17,984 nt of DNA, from assembly GCA_046757165.1 (NCBI GenBank), contig JBHHXT010000095.1, forward strand, positions 1 to 17,984, written 5' to 3'. Below, piece by piece: positions 9,167 to 16,502 of this stretch (the first letter of the stretch is position 1; each line of letters opens with the position of its first letter). Below the pieces are notes generated by a model that ran no database searches, was not told where the DNA came from, and was given only the letters and a program-made list of their open reading frames with translations. The position numbers and the translations under genes are program-made. This DNA is from a bacterium (lineage in GTDB: Bacteria; Zhuqueibacterota; Zhuqueibacteria; Oceanimicrobiales; Oceanimicrobiaceae).

Positions 9167-9353
9167 CTAACCTGAATAATTCATGCACCGCAAAGGCGCG
9201 AAGAACGCGAAGAGAACGCTCTATACCTGTCATTTGCTTTTTGGGGTTCAGGTCAATTGCACGCTGAAGCGTGAACACCCAAATCCTCACCAATCCACTA
9301 TTCAAGGAGTTTCTCAAAAATCTGCGAGTCTCTGCGTTCATCAGCGTCCCAAT
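9167..9353. repeat. Degenerate members of the periodic-arm hairpin element family
   Basis: ACCTGAA (9170-9176) and TTCAGGT (9247-9253) flank an arm at 9187-9212 that is 22/26 identical to the reverse complement of 3464-3489. TC(T/A)GCG recurs at 9321, 9331 and 9341, and TCAGCGT pairs with ACGCTGA (9261-9267). Confidence 0.7.
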
Positions 9354-9364
9354 ACAGATTTTGC

Positions 9365-9393
9365 TTGACTTTTGGCTGTGGTTTTAATAGAAT
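9365..9393 (+). promoter_or_regulatory. Sigma70-type promoter of tRNA-Gly
   Basis: TTGACT-N17-TAGAAT, ending 15 nt before the tRNA. Confidence 0.8.
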
Positions 9394-9408
9394 GATCTAT
9401 GCACTTTA

Positions 9409-9481
9409 GCGAATGTAGCTCAGTTGGTAGAGCGTCGGCTTCCCAAGCCGAAGGTCGCGGGTTCGACCCCCGTCATTCGCT
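9409..9481 (+). tRNA. tRNA-Gly (anticodon CCC), CCA not encoded
   Basis: Cloverleaf: acceptor GCGAATG/CATTCGC plus discriminator T, D arm GCTC/GAGC, anticodon arm TCGGC-TTCCCAA-GCCGA, T arm GCGGG-TTCGACC-CCCGT. Confidence 0.97.
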
Positions 9482-9509
9482 CTAACTTCGCGGAAACAGG
9501 TTCAAGTGG

Positions 9510-9540
9510 AGGGGATCCTTAGAGAAGGATTCCCTTTTTT
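9510..9540 (+). terminator. Intrinsic terminator after tRNA-Gly
   Basis: AGGGGATCCTT-AGAG-AAGGATTCCCT stem followed by a T run. Confidence 0.8.
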
Positions 9541-9629
9541 GTGTTTGGGAGGGGTTACCCCACTAAGCTCGACGAGCTGTGCTGCCGATAGACCTGTGTG
9601 GAATGCTTTCCAGGAGATTGAATGTTATA

Positions 9630-10076
9630 ATGAATATGACACGCCGTTCTTGTCTGCTCCTCTCCGGCATCCTCGTGGTGTTGGCAGGCTGTCGGGATGG
9701 GCTACTCGATCCCTTCTCGCCTGAAGCGCTTGCCGGGGATTATTCCCTGCTGTCGTTCACAAATAAACGCGACAAAATGCACTATCCAGCCGGAATTCCT
9801 GTCGACGCTGGTGGGGGCCGGAGACTGAGTTTGACCGGCAATCTCAATCTGACCACCCGCAGGTTCACCCTGGCGACAACCTGGAAGACGTTCGGCTCCG
9901 ACACCCTGCTTTCCGAAGTGACAGAGGTGGTGGTCGGCAACTATTGGATCGATGATTCACTTTTCAAGGTCGTCGAGGATAGTTCGGGTCGCAGAGATGC
10001 CATCCCAATTACGGTTACCGTGGATGGTCTGATTCTGGAAGACGTTGAATTCAAGTTTGTTTACCAGAAGGATTGA
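9630..10076 (+). CDS. Hypothetical lipoprotein, possibly a lipocalin-like beta-barrel
   Basis: MNMTRRSCLLLSGILVVLAG|C has a basic n-region, a hydrophobic h-region and a LAGC lipobox. The mature part has LAGDYSL and alternating beta-strand patterns. The start is at 9630 or 9636. Confidence 0.7.
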   Translation: MNMTRRSCLLLSGILVVLAGCRDGLLDPFSPEALAGDYSLLSFTNKRDKMHYPAGIPVDAGGGRRLSLTGNLNLTTRRFTLATTWKTFGSDTLLSEVTEVVVGNYWIDDSLFKVVEDSSGRRDAIPITVTVDGLILEDVEFKFVYQKD

Positions 10077-10177
10077 CAAGTGTCGGCAAGCCCGGGTTGA
10101 GCCATCGAGTCGCTCCCATTCGCCACCACCAACCCTTCCGACTCAAATTCCAAAAACTGGAACTGCCATAATTTAGC

Positions 10178-10206
10178 TTGCGCAACAGGGGGCAAATCGT
10201 TATATT
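10178..10206 (+). promoter_or_regulatory. Candidate sigma70-type promoter
   Basis: TTGCGC-N17-TATATT upstream of the CDS at 10357. Confidence 0.5.
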
Positions 10207-10246
10207 TAAGCCACTTTCGGCAGGAGATCGCTTTTTACATACTCAA

Positions 10247-10329
10247 CCTCACGCAAAGCGCGCCGAGCTCGCAGAGTTTTGTTTTTTTGTCCTTCACTTC
10301 TCTGCGCGTTTTGCGCACTCTGCTTGAGG
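10247..10329. repeat. Long imperfect inverted repeat with periodic CGC(A/C)(A/G)AG arms
   Basis: 10248-10276 pairs with 10300-10328 at 22/29 positions around a 23-nt T-rich loop. Confidence 0.8.
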
Positions 10330-10356
10330 CAATAAGAACTTCAATCAGGGCAAAGA

Positions 10357-11280
10357 ATGAGTAGGAATTGCATCGCATATTTTGTTTTGCTCGCTGCTGT
10401 CCTGGCCTCGGGAGGGGTCCGGGTCGAAGCGCAACCCCTCGTTCATCAGCTCGATGGTTTTAGCTCGGTGGATTGGCGTCGAAGCGTTGTGCACGCGTTC
10501 GGGAGCGGCGGCCATGAGCTGGCTGACCAGGACCGGACGAAAAGAATCGAAGCGTTGGAGTCAGCCAAAGATGCTGCCGCGCGCAATCTCTTGAAAGCCG
10601 TGCAGCAATTGTCACTCAATGCGAGCTGGACAGTCCGTTCGGCCATGCAAAAGCAGTCGTTGTTGGCGATCAAGGTGCGGAGCTTTGTGCAGCGCTACCA
10701 GGTCACGGATACGCGCTCCATGTCGGACATGTCTGTCGAGGTGGATGTGGAGCTGCCCATCAACAACGGGCTGGCGGAGCTGTTTATCCCAGATGTCACC
10801 GGCAGAGGGAAATTCAGATTGGACGACATCCCGCGCAGTCCGCTGAGTTTGCTGCCGTGGCCTGAGTGCAGACCTGTGCCAGAGGGGATCAAGCTCGTCA
10901 TCGCCTCGGAGGGTCTGGTTTCTTATGAGGGCGAGGCGTACACCGGACTGATCCTTGACGCGCGCGGCCTGGAGGTCAAACCCGCCATTCTGCCGCGAAT
11001 CCTGGACGAAAACGGTGAGGAAGTGTACGGGTTGAATTACGTCAGGCGCAAAAAGGCCGTCGAGCAGGGGATGGTCTCGTACAAGTGGACCATGAAGGAA
11101 GCGCTGCGCGACCGCCGTGCCGGAAAAAAGCCGCTGCTTATCTGTGCCGCCGGAAAATCGGGTCGGTTGCAAAGCGACCTCATTGTGAGCGCCAACGATG
11201 CGGTTCTGATTCACGCTGCTGCCAAAACACAGAACTTTCTCAAGCTCGCCAGAGTGATTCTTGTCATTGGCTCGAAATAA
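10357..11280 (+). CDS. Secreted conserved hypothetical protein, LPP20-like
   Basis: Signal peptide ending VEA|QP. The N-terminal part has VDW....V.A.GSG and AKDAAARNLL..V; the C-terminal part has YTGLILDARGL..KPAILPRILDENGEEVYG. The family assignment is from recall. Confidence 0.65.
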   Translation: MSRNCIAYFVLLAAVLASGGVRVEAQPLVHQLDGFSSVDWRRSVVHAFGSGGHELADQDRTKRIEALESAKDAAARNLLKAVQQLSLNASWTVRSAMQKQSLLAIKVRSFVQRYQVTDTRSMSDMSVEVDVELPINNGLAELFIPDVTGRGKFRLDDIPRSPLSLLPWPECRPVPEGIKLVIASEGLVSYEGEAYTGLILDARGLEVKPAILPRILDENGEEVYGLNYVRRKKAVEQGMVSYKWTMKEALRDRRAGKKPLLICAAGKSGRLQSDLIVSANDAVLIHAAAKTQNFLKLARVILVIGSK

Positions 11281-11319
11281 ATGAGACTTGTATTGACTGG
11301 ACCATCCATCACGGGGCTG

Positions 11320-11353
11320 AAAGGGAGGCGCAATGCACGTCTCCTTTTTGTTT
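11320..11353 (+). terminator. Terminator-like hairpin overlapping the SD and first ATG of the next gene
   Basis: AAAGGGAGGCG-CAATGCA-CGTCTCCTTTT followed by TGTTT. Confidence 0.55.
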
Positions 11354-12646
11354 GAGAATCAAATGATGAAGATTCTTGCCATCGAAACCAGGAGCACCGG
11401 CGACGAGCTGGGACTCAAAGCTGGAGATGATATCGTCAGGATAAATGGCCATCCTGTTCGGGATGTTCTCGATTACCGCTTTTTGGTCTCCGAGGAAACC
11501 GTTGAGATGGAAGTGGTGCAAGCCGGCGAAAACGTGGTGTACGAAATCGCCAAAGAATACGATGATGACCTCGGTCTGCAATTCGAGGACATCGAGATTC
11601 GGTACTGCGGCAATGATTGCCCGTTCTGCTTTGTGGACCAGAATCCCGCCGGAATGCGGTCGGCCATGTACTTTCGCGACGAGGATTTTCGTCTGTCATT
11701 TCTTTCGGGTCACTATGTGACCCTGACCAATCTCTCCAAGCGGGATCTGGACCGGATCGTCTGGCAGCGGTTGTCACCGCTATTTGTGTCCGTCCACGCC
11801 ACCGAGCCGCAGGTGAGGCAGTTCCTGTTCGGAATCGATCATGACGATCGCCTGTTACCGAAGTTAGACTTCCTGACCCAAAACGGCATCGAGATTCACA
11901 CGCAGGTGGTGCTCTGTCCGGGCGTGAATGATGGCTCTGTGCTCGAGAAAACCATCTGGGATCTTGCGAAGTTCTTGCCTCATCTGAAGTCCGTTTCAGT
12001 GGTCCCGGTCGGGTTGACCAGGCATCGTCAGGGTCTGAAGAAACTACAGCCGGTCACACGGGAAAGCGCGGCTGCGTATCTCGAGACCATAGAGGCGTAT
12101 GCCGACGACTTCTGCCGGCAAATGGGAGAGCATTTCGTCTATGCTTCCGATGAATTCTATCTCATGGTCGGCGAGTCTGTGCCGTGCTCCGAGTGGTATG
12201 CTGGCTTCTATCAGAAGGAGAATGGCGTTGGCATGGTACGCTACATGCTCGATGCGTTTGAAAGCCAGCAGGCTTCCTTCCCGGCCAGACTACCTGGACC
12301 GCTCAAGGCCACGTTCGTCACGGCCACGCTGGTGAACCGGGTGGTGCGGGAGCATATCCTGCCAGGGCTGAACAAAGTGGAAAATTTTACCGGCCAGCTC
12401 GCGGTGGTGGAGAACCGGTTCTACGGGCCGTCCATTCATGTTAGCGGGCTGCTGACCGGACACGATATCTATCAACACCTTGCCGGGCAAGACCTCGGCG
12501 ACCGGGTCTATCTGCCCGCCAATTGTCTGAAAGACGACACTCTTTTCCTGGATGACTGGACCCTCGAGGAGTTGAGCACCAAGCTGAATCGTCCGGTTGA
12601 ACCACTCGACAACGATTTTGTGAAGATTTTCGAAAACGGGTTTTGA
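11333..12646 (+). CDS. PDZ plus DUF512 radical SAM-like Fe-S protein (TIGR03279-like)
   Basis: N-terminal PDZ-like GLKAGDDIVRING..VRDVLDY, CGNDCPFC (CxxxCxxC) followed by FVDQNP, QVVLCPGVNDG, VVPVGLT, YASDEFY and ENGVGM. The start is 11333 or, more likely, 11363/11366. Confidence 0.9.
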   Translation: MHVSFLFENQMMKILAIETRSTGDELGLKAGDDIVRINGHPVRDVLDYRFLVSEETVEMEVVQAGENVVYEIAKEYDDDLGLQFEDIEIRYCGNDCPFCFVDQNPAGMRSAMYFRDEDFRLSFLSGHYVTLTNLSKRDLDRIVWQRLSPLFVSVHATEPQVRQFLFGIDHDDRLLPKLDFLTQNGIEIHTQVVLCPGVNDGSVLEKTIWDLAKFLPHLKSVSVVPVGLTRHRQGLKKLQPVTRESAAAYLETIEAYADDFCRQMGEHFVYASDEFYLMVGESVPCSEWYAGFYQKENGVGMVRYMLDAFESQQASFPARLPGPLKATFVTATLVNRVVREHILPGLNKVENFTGQLAVVENRFYGPSIHVSGLLTGHDIYQHLAGQDLGDRVYLPANCLKDDTLFLDDWTLEELSTKLNRPVEPLDNDFVKIFENGF

Positions 12647-12649
12647 GGG

Positions 12650-13963
12650 ATGTCACTGCCAATCGTTACACTGGTCGGGCGGCCAAATGTTGGGAAATCG
12701 ACCTTGTTCAACCGCATCATCGGTCAGCGAGCCTCTATCGTGCACGACCGGCCGGGCGTCACGCGGGACCGAAAGTACCGGCAGACCGAGTGGGCCGGCC
12801 GGCATTTCATCGTCGTGGACACCGGCGGCTACCTGCCGGACAGCGACGACCAGATCGAGCAAGCTATCTTTGAACAGCTTATCGGCGCGATGGAAGAATC
12901 GGACCTCATCATCTTGTTGGTCGATGCCAAGACCGGTCTGACCGCGTTGGATGAGGAAATTGCACGGACGTTGAAAAAAAGCGGGCGCAACGTATTGTTG
13001 GCCATCAACAAGGCGGACAATGAGAAGCGGGAGATGGAGAGCGCTGAATTCTTTCGGCTCGGACTTGGCGAGCCGGTCTCTATTTCAGCTATCAGCGGCC
13101 GCAAAGTCGGCGATTTCCTGGATACCGTCATCTCACGCTTTCCGGAGCAAAACGTGGCGCCAGAAAGTACATCGCCTTATATTTCCCTGGCGGTCATCGG
13201 CAGGCCCAACGTCGGCAAGTCCTCGTTCGTCAATGCGATTCTGGGGGAAGAGCGGCAAATTGTGACGGAGACTCCCGGGACGACGCGGGATGCAAACGAC
13301 ACGGTGTTCAAATACTACGGCCAGGAGTTCCTGATTATCGATACCGCGGGTCTGCGCAGAAAATCGAAGGTGAAGGAATCCATCGAGTTTTACAGCACCG
13401 TCAGAAGCTTGCAGAGTATCCAGCGCTGTGATATTGCAATCCTGATCATCGAGGCCGCAAGCGGACTTGAATCACAAGACATGAGGATTTTGCACGAGGC
13501 CATTGGTTTTAAAAAGGGGGTCATCATTGCAGCGAACAAATGGGACTTGATCGAAAAGGATTCCAGCACGGCGAAGCAGTACGAAGAAAAGATTCGCGAT
13601 TCGTTGAAGAAGCTGACCTACGTGCCGATTTTGTTTGTTTCTGCCTTGAACAAGCAGCGGATTTTCAAAGTGATAGAAATGTCGAAGACGGTCGACGCCG
13701 AGCGCAAGAAAACCGTCAAAACCCCGGAGCTCAACAATTTTCTGGCCCGGGTCATTCGTAAATATCCGCCGCCTTCGATGGACCGGCGGGAAGTCAAAAT
13801 AAATTACTGCACACAAGTGAAAACCAGTCCCCCGGTGCTCGCCTTCTTCTGCAATGCCCCCAAATCCATTCGACCCAATTACCGTGCCTACCTGGAGAAT
13901 CAATTACGAAAAGAATACGGCTTCCTGGGGGTACCGTTAACGCTGATTTTTAAGAAGAAATGA
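12650..13963 (+). CDS. der: Ribosome biogenesis GTPase Der (EngA)
   Basis: Two GTPase domains (GRPNVGKS twice; GVTRD and GTTRD; DTGG and DTAG; NKAD and NKWD) plus a KH-like tail (YLENQLR..YGF.GVP). Confidence 0.98.
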   Translation: MSLPIVTLVGRPNVGKSTLFNRIIGQRASIVHDRPGVTRDRKYRQTEWAGRHFIVVDTGGYLPDSDDQIEQAIFEQLIGAMEESDLIILLVDAKTGLTALDEEIARTLKKSGRNVLLAINKADNEKREMESAEFFRLGLGEPVSISAISGRKVGDFLDTVISRFPEQNVAPESTSPYISLAVIGRPNVGKSSFVNAILGEERQIVTETPGTTRDANDTVFKYYGQEFLIIDTAGLRRKSKVKESIEFYSTVRSLQSIQRCDIAILIIEAASGLESQDMRILHEAIGFKKGVIIAANKWDLIEKDSSTAKQYEEKIRDSLKKLTYVPILFVSALNKQRIFKVIEMSKTVDAERKKTVKTPELNNFLARVIRKYPPPSMDRREVKINYCTQVKTSPPVLAFFCNAPKSIRPNYRAYLENQLRKEYGFLGVPLTLIFKKK

Positions 13964-14000
13964 CGACAGCACGGACAGCAGTTTCGGGCCGAGGCGCACG

Positions 14001-15869
14001 ATGAACCAGGACAGAGACCAAATCTGTTCACCAGCGTGGAGGAGTCGGTTCTGGTTGTGTCCCCTCGTATTCTGTTGCCTTTTTTTGCTCGAATTGAGAA
14101 GTCCAGGCCCGGGGGCTACCGCGTTTGCGGCAGCCGCTCAGCCGCAGCAGACCGGAGGGGGCGGAACGCAAAAACTGAGCTCATTTGAACGCGACACGCT
14201 CTTCCTGCAGGCGTTGGCCATTCTGTCGCCGCACAGGATCCCGGCACCCTACCGGAGCGCAGGCGCCGGCCGGGTCGCGCCGCCGAAGTGCGCCACCATG
14301 CTTCTCGCCGAAATCCGGCGACAGGTGCACGAGTTCACCGATGAACAACAAGCGGTTCTCGCGTCTCTCTTCTCACGGCCGCAGAACTTGCCTCTGACCC
14401 ACGTTAGCCAGAGTGGATGGTATCGTATTCACTACACCCTGCAGGGCCTGGACGGTGTTTCCGAGCTGGACGGGAATGGGGATGGGGTACCCGACTACGT
14501 CGAACAGGTTGCTGCTGCCTTTGACTCGTCGCACACCCTGGAAGTGGAGAGGTTAAATTACCGGCAGCCTCCCGACGACCTTGGCGTCGATGGTGGCGAG
14601 TATGATGTGTACATCTCCGCGCTCGCCCGGGGGGTGTACGGGTTTACGACCCTGGAAAACGCCATCCCCTCGACCCCTCAGAACGATGTCACCAGTTTCA
14701 TCCAAATTGACAACGACTTCAACAATGACCATTTCACCACCGGCGTGCCGGGCGCCCGCGTCACCGCCGCACACGAGCTGTTTCATGCCATTCAGTTTGG
14801 CTACCGGGATGCGATTGTCTCGAGTGAATATTTCTATTACGAGGTTTGCTCCAGTTGGATGGAGGATGTCGTCTACGACGATATCAATGACTACTATGCC
14901 TCGGTGCCGGGCTACCTGTCCCGCACGGATACTCCGTTCAACAAGTACGAACCCCCGACTTCCTTCAATTACGGTGCCGCGCTCTGGAACCATTTCCTGG
15001 TCGAGAAGTATGGGGATGCCGGCCTGGTGTTGCGAAGCTGGCAGCTCATGCAAAACGAGGCCGCGGTCCTGAGCGCCATCGACGGATCGTTGAGAGACGT
15101 GGGCAGCAGTTTTGAAGCGGAGTTCGGTGAATTTGCCCTCTGGAATTATTTCACCGGCGAGCGGGCAGATTCGGTGCGTTATTACAGCGAAGGGCACAAC
15201 TACACCAGGGTGCGGCTTGTGGTCGATCAGCCTGTTTTCGTAGACACGACGGTGGTGGATTCGACGCGGACGCTTTCCTACAAATACTATCGTTTTACGA
15301 CCCTGGATTCTGCCACTTATCTGCTCACCGGGCAGGTGGAGGAGCCGGAGATGTGGCGTTTTGCGGTCATCGTGCAGCGGCCTGGCGGTGAGGATGAACT
15401 GCAGCTAATCAGAGTGGAACAGGGGCTCAATCTGGGATCTTTGCCTGAATCCACCCGGATCGTGGTCGTGCCGGTCAGCCTGAAGACTCTTGACGGCAGA
15501 GATTTAACCCGGTTCGACGACACGTTTTCGACCTTCCGCTTCAGATTGATGCGCGTGGGTGTGCTGGCCGCTGAGCAGGGGATCGCAGACATTTACCCGA
15601 ATCCTTTCATCCTGAATCAGCACAATCATATTCGATTTGAGTTCAAGCCCGTGAGTACCATCAATCTGGAGGTGCGCATTCTGAATGCCAACGGCCGCGT
15701 CGTCAAGAGGGCGCGGCTTTCCGATAATACCTCGACGTTGACTCCGGTGGCATTCGACTGGGATGGACTCGATGAGCAAAATCAACCGGTCGCTTCCGGC
15801 GTTTATCTGGTTCAGCTAAAGCAAGACCACTTCATCCAGTTCAAGAAATTTGCAGTAATTCGCAAGTAA
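14001..15869 (+). CDS. Secreted zinc metalloprotease (MXAN_6640-like) with a C-terminal FlgD-Ig / T9SS type A-like sorting domain
   Basis: Hydrophobic N-terminus, RIHYT, DGNGDGVPDYV, TAAHELFHAIQFGY (HExxH) and downstream YYEVCSSWMED. The C-terminus has IYPNPF..WDGLDEQNQPVASGVYLVQL..KKFAVIRK. The start is uncertain. Confidence 0.82.
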   Translation: MNQDRDQICSPAWRSRFWLCPLVFCCLFLLELRSPGPGATAFAAAAQPQQTGGGGTQKLSSFERDTLFLQALAILSPHRIPAPYRSAGAGRVAPPKCATMLLAEIRRQVHEFTDEQQAVLASLFSRPQNLPLTHVSQSGWYRIHYTLQGLDGVSELDGNGDGVPDYVEQVAAAFDSSHTLEVERLNYRQPPDDLGVDGGEYDVYISALARGVYGFTTLENAIPSTPQNDVTSFIQIDNDFNNDHFTTGVPGARVTAAHELFHAIQFGYRDAIVSSEYFYYEVCSSWMEDVVYDDINDYYASVPGYLSRTDTPFNKYEPPTSFNYGAALWNHFLVEKYGDAGLVLRSWQLMQNEAAVLSAIDGSLRDVGSSFEAEFGEFALWNYFTGERADSVRYYSEGHNYTRVRLVVDQPVFVDTTVVDSTRTLSYKYYRFTTLDSATYLLTGQVEEPEMWRFAVIVQRPGGEDELQLIRVEQGLNLGSLPESTRIVVVPVSLKTLDGRDLTRFDDTFSTFRFRLMRVGVLAAEQGIADIYPNPFILNQHNHIRFEFKPVSTINLEVRILNANGRVVKRARLSDNTSTLTPVAFDWDGLDEQNQPVASGVYLVQLKQDHFIQFKKFAVIRK

Positions 15870-15880
15870 TCATAAACTTA

Positions 15881-15909
15881 TTGACTTTGAAAGTTATTTT
15901 TGTTATACT
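15881..15909 (+). promoter_or_regulatory. Strong sigma70-type promoter of the HU-bS22 unit
   Basis: TTGACT-N17-TATACT with an extended -10 TG at 15901-15902 and AT-rich upstream sequence. Confidence 0.85.
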
Positions 15910-15952
15910 AACCGGATGCATAGGTGCGAACAAAATCCGGGAGGGATGAGTC

Positions 15953-16252
15953 TTGACGAAAGGTGACATCATCAACATCGTTGCTGAAGGGACGGGCTTG
16001 ACGAAGATGGAAACTTCGGCTGTCGTAGACGGTTTTTTGGCCACGATTGGCTATGCGTTGCAAACCGGCGACACGGTCACCATCCGTGGTTTCGGCAGCT
16101 TTCGAACCGTGAGACGAAATGAGCGCATATCCCGGAATCCCAAGACCGGGAAAGTCATGCATGTGCCTGAGAGAACAGCGCCGGTCTTCAAGGCGTCCTC
16201 AGATTTGAAACGACTAGTCAACCAGGGTTTGAGCCCCGATAACAACCAATAG
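15953..16252 (+). CDS. hup: HU/IHF family DNA-binding protein
   Basis: MTKGDII, VTIRGFGSF and RNPKTG..VP.R.APVFKAS. TTG start 7 nt after GGGAGGG. Confidence 0.93.
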   Translation: MTKGDIINIVAEGTGLTKMETSAVVDGFLATIGYALQTGDTVTIRGFGSFRTVRRNERISRNPKTGKVMHVPERTAPVFKASSDLKRLVNQGLSPDNNQ

Positions 16253-16281
16253 AACCCAATAGAGAAGGAGGTGAACGCACT

Positions 16282-16377
16282 TTGCCGAGCGGTAAGAAAA
16301 GAAAAAGACACAAGATAGCCACACACAAGCGCAAAAAACGGCTCCGGAAAAATCGGCACAAGAAAAAACTTCGTTAG
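16282..16377 (+). CDS. 30S ribosomal protein bS22 (mS38/AURKAIP1/COX24 family), 31 aa
   Basis: The TTG-started ORF reads MPSGKKRKRHKIATHKRKKRLRKNRHKKKLR, with a perfect SD AAGGAGGTGA at 16265-16274. It matches the Bacteroidota-type MPSGKKRKRHK..THKRKKR..NRHK pattern. It is too short for the ORF track. Confidence 0.9.
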   Translation: MPSGKKRKRHKIATHKRKKRLRKNRHKKKLR

Positions 16378-16410
16378 GTGGAAACAAGACTTACCTTTGG
16401 TTCTCGCCCG

Positions 16411-16458
16411 AGGGATAGAACAGCGGTTTTTCGTCAAGACGTTCTATCCTTTTTGTTT
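16411..16458 (+). terminator. Terminator-like hairpin after bS22
   Basis: AGGGATAGAAC (16411-16421) pairs with GTTCTATCCTT (16441-16451) around a 19-nt loop, followed by a T-rich run. Confidence 0.6.
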
Positions 16459-16502
16459 TATGACCCTGGCTGTCGTTGTTTTTGGGAGAGAGGTTGCCAG
16501 AC

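Noticed and set aside
9481..10130. Genomic island integrated at tRNA-Gly (CATTCGC recurs near 10117)
   Set aside because: The match is only 7 bp and there is no integrase or other mobility gene.
15946..15966. Out-of-frame mini ORF MSLDER overlapping the HU start
   Set aside because: Its ATG directly abuts the SD with no spacer, whereas the HU TTG has 7-nt spacing.
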